Positions 12,948-25,539 of a stretch of 64,000 nt of DNA are shown one piece after another. The translations under genes were made by a program, and so were the position numbers. Position 1 is the stretch's first letter. Each line of letters opens with the position of its first letter. The stretch is from Octopus sinensis (lineage: Eukaryota), in assembly GCF_006345805.1 (NCBI RefSeq), contig NC_043013.1:25482001-25546000 (forward strand). Direction: 5' to 3'. Under the pieces are notes generated by a model. It searched no databases. It saw only the letters and a program-made list of their open reading frames with translations, and was not told the DNA's origin.

Positions 12948-13523
12948 CGCTGATGATGGACGGTTGTTGTTTTTCCCATTGTTGTTGGAATCAGTTGATA
13001 TGTGACTAGATACGTGTCTCCTGGAGCGAGCACCTTGAACAGAATTCAGCCCTTCCGTGCTGTCGACAAGTGTGGAAGCTTTCGAAGAATGAAGAAAAGA
13101 TGGATTCGAGGGGACAGGAGACTTGGAAGTTGCGGATAACAAATCGGAGACATTCTGGCCAGTTTGAAGGCCGAGGCTGTAAAGTAATAGTTTCAAACCG
13201 TCTAATGTCAAAGTGTCGGCTTCGCCGTATTTGTCAAAAAGAATTTTTATGTAGTGTAAAGTAGTGTTCCTACTATGGGGTAGGGAGATTTGGTGTTCGG
13301 AATCGAAATTAAGACTAGTTTTCTCATAAGATGGGGTACTTTTTTGCTTGTAATTGTCTTCATGTCTAGCATTATGCGATGATTGTGGTGGTGGCGGTGT
13401 CGTATTTGGTGACGGTGGTGGTGAAAGCCGGGTTTTCTCAGATTTACTGGGAGAAGAAGGCGACAGAAGCAAACAGAAGAGAAAACATAAGATGCAATAC
13501 TTTCCAGTGAATACCGGGCACAT
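12948..13523 (-). CDS. SLC39A10-like: First coding exon of a LIV-1 subfamily zinc transporter (ZIP6/ZIP10/fear-of-intimacy-like)
   Basis: ATG at 13523 with A at -3 (the track starts at an upstream GTG); signal peptide (YCILCFLFCLLLSPS); conserved ectodomain block HYIKILFDKYGEADTLTLDGLKLLLYSLGL; phase-0 donor GCG|GTAATA at 12947; likely acceptor ttttatttgttAG at 13611-13612. Confidence 0.7.
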
Positions 13524-14099
13524 TGTCACGGCTGAACAGCTTAGTCGTAAAGAAAATTTTCAATGTAATACAAATTAACACGCTTGGAGAATATTTTTCT
13601 TTTTCTTCAACTAACAAATAAAAGACATTAATGAAAAGATAAAAAAATAAGGTGTTCAAATTATTTAAATAAAAGGAAAAAAATGAAACAGACTGAATTT
13701 TTTTTTTCTTCTAAACATAAATTCACATCCTCTCCAAAATTAATTAAACAATCAATTATTATTATTATTAACGTTTTTTTTTCTTGTTGTTTTTTTCGCA
13801 AAATAAAACAAATTGAGAAGTTGGGGAAAATGAAGGGGTGGACTGCAATGTAAATAATGAGATTTTGCTATGTTCTTGTTTGGAATTTTCCAATAAAAAG
13901 AAGAAACATGTTCGTTAGAATACTCCGAAATATCAAAACGGGATCGCTGTGTTTAGTTTGTTGCGTTGGATAGGTCCCTATGCTGCAGACAAAATTGAAA
14001 TGCGGGTATATAGCAAGTTTGTGTATCTATTATATATATTATCATCATGACCCAAATTATTTACATTTGAAGGTCCCGGTTGAAATTTTTCTAACACAT

Positions 14100-14690
14100 G
14101 GCCTTTCACGTTTGTTTTGGGCCGTGCGCAGAGAAGACGTGAAAAAGCAATATGGCGACGGATTCACATTTTCCACTGATTTCACATCCTGGGCCCTCAC
14201 ACGTCACATGGCTACCTCACTTAATCAATACGCAGGTTCGAATTTACTCAGCACACACCTACCAACGACGATCTTTGAATAATAATAATAATAAAAAAAA
14301 AAGAACCAAACACCCAGCGCTAACTTAATATTATATCTGTATATAAATATATGGAATATGTATTATATGAATGGACTTTGTTAAGTAATGAATACATTAT
14401 TTGTTCTCATTTTTTTTTTAACGTATAAATAAAAAAATAAATTTGTAAACAAATCTGTCACATTTTTTTGGCATTAGCTTGCAGTGGCTGCAGGCAGCTT
14501 TTAAGCTCTTACTGCAAGTGTAAATATAACTAATTTTACTTTTCTTATTCCCATAACGGATGTTGTCTAAATCCAGTTAACTTACTTCGGCAGTTAACAA
14601 CAATAGAATCGTTAAATCAGCTCGACATTACGCGTTCGCGTCTTCATTTTCTCTTTTTTCGTTGAAGAATCTTAACCAGTTATTTTTCGG
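14100..14690 (-). promoter_or_regulatory. Probable promoter and non-coding first exon of the ZIP gene
   Basis: Locally CpG-rich; minus-strand donor CGAA|GTAAGT at 14580-14585; YY1-like AATATGGCG near 14148. Confidence 0.3.
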
Positions 14691-14694
14691 TGCA

Positions 14695-15045
14695 GTCACA
14701 CACGCACACACACACACGCACGCACACTCACACGCACACGCACACATACATACGTTCATACATACACCATACGTATACACACACATATGCGCACGCGTAC
14801 ATGCATATACAGCTGTGTGTGTGTAAATGCGTATGTGTATGTAAACATATACATATAAAACACATACATACTAACGCTTACACACATAATACTGTGTATA
14901 ATGTACACACATACTTGAAAAATACACAATCACACACATGCATACATAATATACGCACACACACACATATACAGAGTTAGAGAGAGAGAGAAAAATACAT
15001 ATACTATACACAATGTATGTATGTACACACACACACACACACATA

Positions 15046-15100
<55 letters not shown>

Positions 15101-15240
15101 TATATATAAACCTATTTGTATGCGTGTGAGTGTTTGGGTATGTGCACACACGCACACATACATGCACACACATACACGCGTTCGCACACACACACACATA
15201 CACACACATATATATATATATAGAGAGAGAGAGAGGGGGG
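14695..15240. repeat. Compound (CA)n/(TA)n/(GA)n microsatellite
   Basis: Seen directly; explains the HT/VC/IY ORFs. Confidence 0.95.
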
Positions 15241-16149
15241 GAGATATTTTATCTTTCACTTGTTTTGGTCATTAGACTGCGGCCATGCTGGAGCTCCGCT
15301 GTGAAGAACTTTTACTCGAATGATTCGACTCGAACATTTCTTTTTTTCAGAGCCTAGTACTTATTCTATTGGGTTTTGTTGCGCCGAACCGCTAAACTAC
15401 GGGGACGTAAACACACCAACACCGTTTGCCAAGTGGTAGCAGCAGACAAACACAGTCACAAACACGCACAACACACACACACACACACACACACATTATA
15501 TTTCGGGAGGGTCATTTTATCTGTCAAATAAACACACGCACTATATATTCGTTCTTCACTTCAGACTTATTTTATTACTGTTCTTATTTTATGTTCTATG
15601 TCTGGAAATCTTTCGTCTTACCCCCTATGACCTCCTCAGTGACTCTCCATCCTACGTGTCTCTTCCTGTCCATAAAATAAGAACTAATAAAATAAATCTG
15701 AAATAAAGAACGAATATATAGTGCGTGTTTATTTGGGTAAAAAATAATAAATATCTCGAAATATAACTATACTCGTTTCAACACACGGTTTCACATCAGA
15801 AATCTTGCAAAACAAATACATAAACGTACACACACAGCAGGCTTTTTTTAAATTCTTCATACCAAATCCACTCACAAGGCTTTGGTCAGCCGGAGACTAT
15901 AGTAGAACTTGCCCAAGGTACCACTCAGTGGGATTGAACGTGGAACCATGTGGTTGGGAAACAAACTTCACTGGAAAACTGGGAAGATGTGGCCTTCACA
16001 TATTCCCATCGTTTGTCGACACGAAGCAAACTTCACTGGAAAACTGAGAAGATGTGGCCTTCATACATTCCTATTGTTTGTCGACGAGGTTCGTCGAAAG
16101 CTTCTCATCCTAAAAGGCTAAAAGAAATAAGGATCATAAGGGAATTATT

Positions 16150-16560
16150 GCAATAATCGTTTTTATTAAGCATTAACCAACTGAGTTAAATTGGGGACTA
16201 TCCTCTCTCTACCAGTATTTTATCGTACTTCTAGACAGGATACCGTATTCAACATCCTTTTGTCGTGCTTCTGGTCAGGATATCGTATTCTAGCATTCTA
16301 CATCCTTTGTTCACATTGGTATGATGTAAAGGCACCAGGCTTTTCTGGGGTACTTGATCAGCGATAGACAAGCGTGCTATGCAAGGGGAACTTGAATTTT
16401 CACCTATTAAACGCAGCGATAATCAGAATTAAGTACAGGTTTTATGGATTTGCAGCGGTGATTCGAAACCGAACCGCTAGGTAACCGGTCAGACATCACG
16501 ATCGAACCACAGTAGTTTCACGTGATCGATCTATTAAGCAACCAAGCAGTGTCAAGCCTT
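16150..16560 (-). mobile_element. tRNA-headed SINE family E, degenerate
   Basis: Minus-strand head ...ctactgtggttcgatcgtgatg...ggtttcgaatcaccgc; related head at 36660-36740. Confidence 0.45.
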
Positions 16561-18616
16561 CACGTGATTCAATCTTCTAGAATTTTCTTGTACCCTATAA
16601 AAAGTTTTTTTTTTTTTTTTTGCAGTAATTACAGAATGTTGAGGTAACTGTGCGTTGTATCTCTATTCTTACTACATCCAGACGATTACGACAGATGGTC
16701 AATAGTAGACAGGAATTTTGGTCGCCGCGAATATAATGCAATACAAATATAGAACAATGAGTTTCCAGTTGTAATGGGCCACCCAAAGATTGCTTGTCAT
16801 AACTCTAAGTTTGTCATAAACTCTAAGCAGTGTGTCTCTCCTAGTATGTAATTTTGGCCTTAGCATTTGTAAAAATCCAACACAGTCAAATCTTTATGTG
16901 CAGTACTAAAATTTTCTGATAATTGTTCACGGATGTTGTCAGTTTATTTCTTCACGCAGCTCGAGAAATATATTTTCATTCATCGATTCAACCAATTATC
17001 ACCTCAGACCAGCCAACAATAACACGATAACCCATGGTAGATTTCTCTTGTGAAATGTCTTTTCGTACTTTCTAAATTTGTGAAATATTTTTTTATACTT
17101 TCTAAAATGTTGTAGATTGCAATAAATCGTGCAAATCGCTTTACTGGATAGCACACGCACACACACAAATATCATGTATAGCTCGGGGTTATTCGGAGTG
17201 AAGCGGAAAATGTCAGGGGTTTTTGGTAGTCAGCTGATTATACTCAATATCGGTGTTCGCGTCTGGCTACGAAAGAGCCTCCGCCCGATCTGCTGGAAAT
17301 GACTGCTATGTAGCCCTCAAACGACACTTTGGATAATGTAATCCGGGGTACCCTATCCCCAAAGAATAAAAGATGGGACGGTTATAACTGGGGTATCTTC
17401 CATCGTAAGTTTGTTCTATAAGAGCTAGTTTAAGGCTAAACCTCAACAGTAACATCTTAAATAAATGAAAGGCTTGTCACAAGTGTTTGAGTTTTGTCAG
17501 AGTTGGAAACTGTGACGTTCACACTTTTTGGATTTCATAAAGTACGGCAAACGATTTGTTCCGACAAATGATGAAGTACGACTGACTGTGATGGTGGTGG
17601 TGGTGATCAATGTGGAATTGACGAAGAAGAAGAAGAAGCGCCTTCCCTCCTGTTGAAATTGGGTAAAATTGCACTCCTCCACCCTCAAAGTTCTTGTGGC
17701 CCCGCGGGTTTCATGGACCACGGTGCTGCAATACTCCTTTAACCGATTTTAGAATGGTATCGGGAAGGAATAGTTAAATGCTACAAGCTAACTCTTAATT
17801 TGTTACAGGATCATGTTTTTATCGTCTCTCAAAGTCAAACCTAGTAGGATTCGAACGCAGGTAGCAATGTGAAGTAATCGGTTGGTATACTGCAGAAGTT
17901 TATCATTTAAATATAAATGAGCATGTCTAGATATGTAACTATATGCATGAGAATACACACATAAAACATACAAATCTGCACATACATGCATACATACAAA
18001 AATACCCTGTTGTTGATGTTGGAATTCTAATGAAGAAGCTTTGGATCTAGGTTAGAAACCAGTTCTTTCTCTATTCGCAAAAAATCTTGAAATAAACTGA
18101 ATGACATATATACATAAATATGGATAGATGCACACACTTGAGAGTGTACATCGACAGCTCAATCAACTCACTAAACCACATATTTACAAACTCCGAGAAT
18201 TCTCTTAACTCAAAAAGTCGTTTCACTTTGGTAGGGACTGGCTTGATCTCTCTTAAGAAGAATTCAAATAAAACTCAAAGAAAAAAACGTCCGTCCGTCC
18301 ATACATCCATACAGCTTCATACCCATTATTATTGGAGCAACAGGGTATATACCAACTCGTCTGGAGCAAAGTATGGTTGAACTTGGGTTCTTGGGGAGAG
18401 AACCATGCCCGTCACCAGACTTTGGTGCCTAAGGTTGCTTTAGAATATTCTGGGAGGGCCAAGTTTGTAATAATGTTAAAGTGGAGTTTCGAAATAAGTC
18501 TATTACAGTAAATCTGAGAGTGCACCATTGAATGGTGAGGGGACAGTGTCATCCAGTGTAACACATTAGCGATGGGCATGGAGAGAACACAAATCCTTAA
18601 TTCATATTCTGCAAAT

Positions 18617-19047
18617 AGGCGCAGGAGTAGCTGTGTGGTAAGTAGCTTGTTTACCAACCACATGGTTCCGGGTTCAGTCCCACTGCATGGCACCTTGGGC
18701 AAGTGTCTTCTACTATAGCCTTGGGCCGACCAAAGCCTTGTGAGTGGATTTGGTAGACGGAAACTGAAAGAAGCCTGTCGTATATATGTATATATATATG
18801 TATATATGTATGTGTGTGTGTATGTTTGTGTGTCTGTGTTTGTCCCCCTAGCATTGCTTGACAACCGATGGTGGTGTGTTTATGTCCCCGTCACTTAGCG
18901 GTTCGGCAAAAGAGACTGATAAAATAAGTACTGGGCTTACAAAAGAATAAGTCCCGGGGTCGAGTTGCTCGACTAAAGGCGGTGCTCCAGCATGGCCGCA
19001 GTCAAATGACTGAAACAAGTAAAAGAGTAAAGAGTAAAGAGAGTAAA
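18617..19047 (+). mobile_element. tRNA-derived SINE family A, near full-length
   Basis: Head aggcgcaggagtagctgtgtgg (A box) ... ggttccgggttcagtccc (B box); internal (TA/TG)n; ends ccagcatggccgcagtcaaatgactgaaac plus (AAAGAGT)n; plus-strand copies at 24545, 51520, 56265 and 60250. Confidence 0.85.
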
Positions 19048-19444
19048 TGATCACGATATCTGAGACTATAAGAATCTGCAAGACCTTAAGATTTAAAAGG
19101 TGACGGTTAAAACAAAATTCTTTCCTTCATAACCTTGCTAACAAGTAGGTGGCTGGTAAAAATTTAATCTAAAGTAAAAAGAGAAACTGAAGAACATGCA
19201 TACATACAGCTCGGTTTTGAGAAATGCCATCAATTGACTATTTTCTTTAATATGGACAGAACGTATGTGGCTTAACGACCTACAGTTGTACAGTTGTGGA
19301 AACAATTTGCACTTCCAGCAACATGTGGTCAGAGAGCTTATCGATTAGGCTGACATATGGCTTCGTTCATTCATGGAATTTTTTCATGAAGTGCTTTGCT
19401 TTCCCGGCTACAAACAGCCATTACTACTACAGGACTCCGTCGGT

Positions 19445-19823
19445 TACGACGACGACGGTTCCAGTTGATCCAATCAACGGAACAGCCTGCTCGTGAAATC
19501 AACATGCAAATGGTGGAGCACTCGCTGAGCACGCCACAGACACGTGTACCCTTAACGTAGCTCTCGGGGAGATTCAGCGTGACACAGAGTGTGACAAGGT
19601 TGGCTCTTTGAAATACAGGTACAACAGAAAGAGGAAGAAAGAGTAAGAGAAAGTTGTGGTGAGAGAGTATAGCTGGAGTCGCCACCACCCCACCTTGCCG
19701 AAACCTCGTGGAGTTTTAAGTGTTTTCGCTCAATAGACACTCACAACGCCCGGTCTGAGAATTGAAACCGCGATCCTTCGACCACGAGTCCGCTGCCCTA
19801 ACCACTGGGCCATTGCGCCTCCA
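19445..19823 (-). mobile_element. tRNA-derived SINE family D, near full-length
   Basis: Minus-strand head tggaggcgcaatggcccagtggttagggcagcggactc...ggtttcaattc; body shared with 54497-55085 and 9690-9890. Confidence 0.85.
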
Positions 19824-19854
19824 CAAGCAGCCATAGCATGTGATACAAAGTCGA

Positions 19855-20010
19855 CCTCAAATTCCGCCGAGGTCGACTTTGCCTTTCATCCTTTCGGGGT
19901 CGATAAATTAAGTACCAGTTACGCACTGGGGTCGATGTAATCGACTTAATACCTATGTCTGTCCTTGTTAGTCCCCTCTGTGTTTAGCCCCTTGTGGGTA
20001 GTAAAGAAAT
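19855..20010 (-). mobile_element. SINE family B fragment
   Basis: tcgaccccgaaaggatgaaaggcaaagtcgacctcggc core; copies at 7320, 9890, 22830, 35600, 53420 and 61300. Confidence 0.75.
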
Positions 20011-21329
20011 AGATACATAACAGAAATATTAAAAACCAAGCGATGCCTTTGCGTGAACCTTTTTGCAGGGTTAATCCTACTCCCAAACCAATCTTTTATT
20101 TTGTACTTGTTTCAATCATTAAAACTGCGGCCATGCTGGGGCACCACCTTGATGAATTTTAGTCGAACGAATCAACCCGTTCTTATTTTATTTCCAAGCT
20201 TGATACTTATTCTATCGGTTCTTTTACCAAACTACTAAGTTACGAGGATGTAAATACATCAACAGCTGTTACCAAGCGTGGGAGTGGGAACAAACATAGA
20301 CACAAAGATACACTCACATAGATCTATATGTGTGTGTATATATATATATAATATATATATATATATGACGGGCTTCTTTCAGTTTCCGTCTACCAAATCC
20401 ACTCACAAGGCTTTAGTCGGCTCGAAGTTATAGTAGAAGGCACTTGCACAAGGTACCAAACAGTGAAACTGAACTCGGGACCATGTGATTGGAAAGCAAG
20501 CTTCTTGTCGCACAGTCACGACCACAATGTATGTATTTGCTCAAAAAGAAGACCTAGACAAAGCCTCAGAGTCTCTCACTTCCAGTTGACTCTCTTGGAG
20601 TGCATTCGCTCTTTGACAGGTTTTTCTTTTCGTTGTGCGGGGCGTCCAACGAAAAGTACCCCTCCCTATTCAATCGTGCACCCTCAGATTTACAGTGATA
20701 CACTTATTTCGAAACTGCAGCATTGTTCCAAATTAGTTTCTAACCAGAATATACTGAAGCATTTCCAGGTACCAAAGTCTGGTAATAGGCCTGTAGCGGC
20801 TTTTGGAATATGTAGAACCACCTCGGAGAATAACGGTGAATAACATCGAAGAATAACACCAGAAAGGAAGGAAGGGAATATTGTTTACATTTTTTCATTT
20901 GCTCGACAAGTGGTTAGTGAGACAGTAGCAATCGTAGTGACAGTGACAAAAGATTCGCCTGCTGGCGAAGTGTAGACGTTGCGGTGCGTTTAGAGTGGGA
21001 AAAAGTAGAGATTGCACTGTGCTGACAAGAGAGGAAGAAAGGATTAAGCCGACATAGTCCTTTCTTGATTTCGGTCGAAAGCTTCTCTTCGAATGTCGAG
21101 CGAAGGACGAAGGGAAGTTTGCTTTTGGTCATGCTGACGCACAAGAGGGCGAGAAATGAAATGGTCTCAATTATATATCTATGGCTAGGAATATAGGTCA
21201 AATCCTAAAGAAAGAATTGACCTTTCCTTGACCAGCCCAGGTCACGTGTTTCCCATTAATCATCTGGTATGGAGATGCAAGCAAACAACAAGCAGGTAGA
21301 TTTGGTTTCAAATTTCATGCAGAGCCAAA

Positions 21330-21371
21330 CGAGGCCCTACGGGCCTGACACGGACCCATGCAAGAACTAGT
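21330..21371 (+). mobile_element. Possible Helitron/Helentron-type terminus
   Basis: Hairpin aggccc-tac-gggcct at 21332-21346, then CTAG|T at 21367-21371. Confidence 0.3.
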
Positions 21372-21421
21372 AATAAACCCAGACTAAATGTAAAATGTAA
21401 TCACCATTTCGAATTGTGCAG

Positions 21422-21840
21422 TGGGTCATCACAATTGCTTAAGGTAAAAATGAATTCCTCGCTCTTTCGGAAACATCAATCTTCTGTATTGACCGCTTTC
21501 CACCACTTTGATCTGTTTTTTGTATTGAATACGTATCGCCACCGTGGGCCACTGCATCGAATACTTTGAACATATACTTCAAACTATATATCAACTATAC
21601 ATGAACTATATATCAACTATACATGAACTATATATCAACTATACATGAACTCTAAGATGTCTAACTCCGTTGTGTATTATAAATGAATTTCTTGTGTTTG
21701 ACGGCATGAGCTGTCTCTTTTTATATATAACTTTTTTTGATAAGGTTCATTTCAGGAACTGAAACATGTTATAATGTATATATAAAAATTAAAAATTGTA
21801 TAATACAGCAGCATTTTCGAACTTCATTTTTTAAAATATA
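21422..21840 (+). repeat. ~400-bp block, direct repeat of 29793-30172
   Basis: Near-identical apart from scattered substitutions; this copy has 3 x 22-bp aactatatatcaactatacatg at 21582-21647; both copies end in (TA)n. Confidence 0.9.
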
Positions 21841-21954
21841 TATATATATATATATATATAATATCAACATTGAGGGCAAATAATTAATTATAATCAATTT
21901 CATAAATGTTCAGTATGCAAAGGGACATATCAAGCAATTCAAATATATTACATT

Positions 21955-22368
21955 TATAAAAGGGCTTATTAAAATAAATTACTTTGCCGCATATGAACTC
22001 ATTATAAATAGCACTAAAAACTTTTTTAAAGCTATTTCTAATACTAAAGAAATCTCTCTCATATAAGTGTTTGTTAATTCATACAAAATTTTGGGGTAAG
22101 GACATCGAATAATCAATGCTAAGGTATTTGAGAACGTACGTTTCAGATTATCAAAACAACACTTCTATCATCAGCTCAGAATTCCTTGGTTTGGTTGGAA
22201 ACACTGAAAATAAGAATATACCTTTCGTATATCTGCTCGTAACTAACATGCCAACAATTCAAATAAGCAAGCAAATTCAATAAGTATTAGAATAGCTTAA
22301 ACGTTTTTTAGCTGCTATTTCTAATGATTTCAGTTTGCGGCAAAGTAAATTTATTTTACTAACCCTTT

Positions 22369-22372
<4 letters not shown>
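21955..22372. mobile_element. Inverted-repeat cassette containing a hammerhead motif
   Basis: Arms 21955-22045 and 22283-22372 are diverged reverse complements; flanked by (TA)n. Confidence 0.7.
22123..22185 (-). ncRNA. Minimal type-I hammerhead ribozyme with intact core
   Basis: Minus strand: GGAATTCTGAG CTGATGA T AGA..TCT GAA ACGTACGT T CTCAAATACC; stem I TGAG/CTCA; palindromic stem III; GUU cleavage triplet. Confidence 0.65.
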
Positions 22373-22399
<27 letters not shown>

Positions 22400-22451
22400 G
22401 AATAATAATAATAAATCTCAGAGCGAGTTATAACAGTAGCTATATATATAG

Positions 22452-22500
<49 letters not shown>

Positions 22501-22560
22501 TATAGATATATATATATAATGTATAAATATGTATAGATATATATGTGGATATATATATAT

Positions 22561-22597
<37 letters not shown>

Positions 22598-22830
22598 ATA
22601 TATATATGTAATATATATATTATATATATATATATAGTATGGTAATATTTATACATATATATGTATGTATATATATATATATGTATGCATATATATATAT
22701 ACATGCATATATATATATACATGTAATATATATATATACATGTATATATATATATATATACATGTAATATATATATATGCATACATAATAATATATATAT
22801 ATATATACATACATGTATATATATATATAT
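22370..22830. repeat. Long degenerate (TA)n microsatellite
   Basis: Seen directly. Confidence 0.95.
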
Positions 22831-23619
22831 TTCTTACTACCCACAAGGGGCTAAACACAGAGGGGACAAACAATGATAGACAAACGGATTAAGTCAATTA
22901 CATCACCCCAGTGCGTAACTGGTACTTAATTTATCGACCCCGAAAGGATGAAAGGCAAAGTCGACCTCGGCAGAATTTGAACTCAGAATGTAACGGCAGA
23001 CGAAATACGGCTACGCATTTCGCCCGGCGCGCCAACGATTCTGCTAGCCCGCCGCTATGTATGTATATATATATAATATATACATATATATATATATAAG
23101 TATATGTATATAGAGAGAGAGACAGAGAGGTCACAAGAGTTTCCCAGCGCCCCCAACTTTTTCAACCCAAGGTGGTGAATAGTTTTGGATTTTTTTCTTT
23201 CTTCCTCTCTTTTTGATTTTAAATCTTTTCAATTGTGTTCTATGTTTTGTCCAATTTTCTAATCTAATTTTGTAAAACTATTGAGCATTATCGAAATTAA
23301 AATAACGTGAGAAGTCAATTAATACCGAAGCAACTAAACACTACACTCAATGACTGACGAAGGGAGGTAAGTCCTCTATTAATTTTGCCTTCAGATTCTA
23401 ATTGTCAATAAGCCCCCACCCCCTTTAATTTGTTGTGTATATATATAAATTTATATATATATCATTTGTTTCAGTCATTTGATTGCGGCCGTGCTGGAGC
23501 ACCGCCTTTAGTCGAACAAATTCTTTGTAAGCCTAGTACTTATTTTATCAGTTCTTTTGCCTAACCGCTTAAACACACCAGCATCGGTTGTCAATTGATG
23601 GTCAAACATACACATATAC

Positions 23620-23660
<41 letters not shown>

Positions 23661-24889
23661 TGATTGTAGTTTCAGCTCACGAGCTGTGGCCATGCTGGGG
23701 CACCGCCATATATATATGCGATAGGCTTCTTTCGGTTTCCGTCTACGAAATCCACTCACAAGGCTTTGGTCGGCCCGAGGTCATAGTAGAAGACACTTGC
23801 CCAAGGTGCCACGCAGTGGGACTATATCTGTGTGTCTGTGTTTGTGACCCTACCGTCGCTTGACACCGATGCTGGTGTGTTTACGTCCCCGTAACTTAGC
23901 AGTTTATATATAGAGAGATAGATAGGTAGATAAAACTTGGAAGAGGATGCGTGGCGTTCAATCATATAATAATATAAGAAGTACAGATAGATGGAAGGAA
24001 GGAGGATGAATGGACAGTGACAGAGAATAAAAGGAAAAAGAGAGAGAAGAGGAAGAACAGTCAGTGTAATGTGGGACCCCAGACCAACTCCATCCCACCC
24101 AAAACCACTCAAACTCACCCTCCCCATACAGACACCAAACCCACCCATCCCCTCTCCCCACAGGAAAAAAATAAGAAAGAACAGACACCACAAAATTTGC
24201 AAGACCCCTCCCCCGGTGAAAATAGGTTACGTGTACATGGAGGAGAGAGTGTTGTCACTCAGCGATGGGGAAAACGGTAAACGAAAGACTAGATCAAAGA
24301 CTAAAGAGGACTCAGGACTCAGAGGTGGCGAGTGGTGTTACTCAGTGTGGGGTGAGTAACACACTTTTCATATTCTCATTTCTCACGCATCATTCATGTA
24401 TCATTATTTTAATGTTTTTTATGTTCATTTCCATGTATCATTCATAAGCATCATGTGTTTATTTTAATTGTTACATGTTCCCACATGTGTTGTAGTGACC
24501 CCTCTGTGTAATGCCTTCACGGCAATTTAAAAGAAATAAAGAAGCTCGCTACCCAACCATATGCTCCGGGTTCAGTCCCACCTTGAGCAAGTATCTTCAA
24601 CTATAGCCTCGGACAGACCAAAACTTTGTGAGTGGATTCGGTAGACGGAAAGTGAAAGAAACCTGTCGTATGTGTGTGTTCTTGAGTCAATGTTTGTCCC
24701 CACACACCACCATTTTACAACCGGTATTGGTGTGTTTACGTCCCCGTTACATAGCGATTGGGCAACGGAACCGATAGAATAAGTACCAGTCTTTAAAAAA
24801 AAAGTAGGCACTGGGGTCAATTCATTCGACTAAAAATTCTTCCAGGCGGTGCCCCAGAATGACCGCATGCTAATTACTGAAACAAGTAA

Positions 24890-25480
24890 AAGATTCCACC
24901 CCTCTACCCTACCCCTTCGTCGCAAGATACTACGTGCCTTCCGTCGCCTCCAGCTTGATCCCACCACCCGCCCCATTTTCCCTAACCTACCCCTGTCCTC
25001 TTTCAAACGAGCCCGCAATCTGCGTGACCTCCTGGTCCACAGCACCCTCTCTCCTTCCCCCTCAGCCCCACACGGATCATTCCCTTGCTCTAGATCCCGC
25101 TGCAACACTTGCCCCTTCATCACCAACACCACCGCTGTCACCGGCTCCAACCTGCACACTGTACGCATTAGGCACTCTTTTACGTGCACCTCGTCTGGCC
25201 TTATTTACTGCATTAAATGCAACCTATGCGGGATGCTGTATGTAGGACAGACGGGACGCCGGTTGTCCGACTGTTTCACTGAGCACTTAAGGGACGTTCG
25301 CCTACACTCTCTTTCTCCCGTCGCACGCCACTTCCGCTCGGCCGGCCATTCCCTAGATGACATCTCAGTGTTTGGTCTCGCCCCCCCAGGTCGCGCCCAC
25401 TTTCCAGGCTCCACTTGGAGCAACGCTACATCTTCACCCTACAAACTACCACCCCCCACACGGACTTAACACAGCCCCCT
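24890..25480 (+). mobile_element. Penelope-like element: GIY-YIG endonuclease C-terminus, 5'-truncated, frameshifted near the end
   Basis: ORF 24849-25469: FKRARNLRDLLVHS..C.RSRCNTC..FTCTSSGLIYCIKC..CGMLYVGQTGRRLSD..TEH..VARHF..GH; shifted frame LEQRYIFTLQTTTPHGLN. Confidence 0.9.
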
Positions 25481-25539
25481 CCTCTTGAGATTTGTTTTTT
25501 TTTTTTTTTTTTTTTTTTTGGCACACCACCCACACGCCA

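Noticed and set aside
19750-19823. Possible tRNA gene
   Set aside because: Continues into a SINE body repeated at 54497 and elsewhere, so it is a SINE head
24017-24359. Possible L1/Tx1 C-terminus (..RLRVH..QRWGKR*)
   Set aside because: Similarity too weak, and the region is low-complexity and G-poor, possibly noisy consensus
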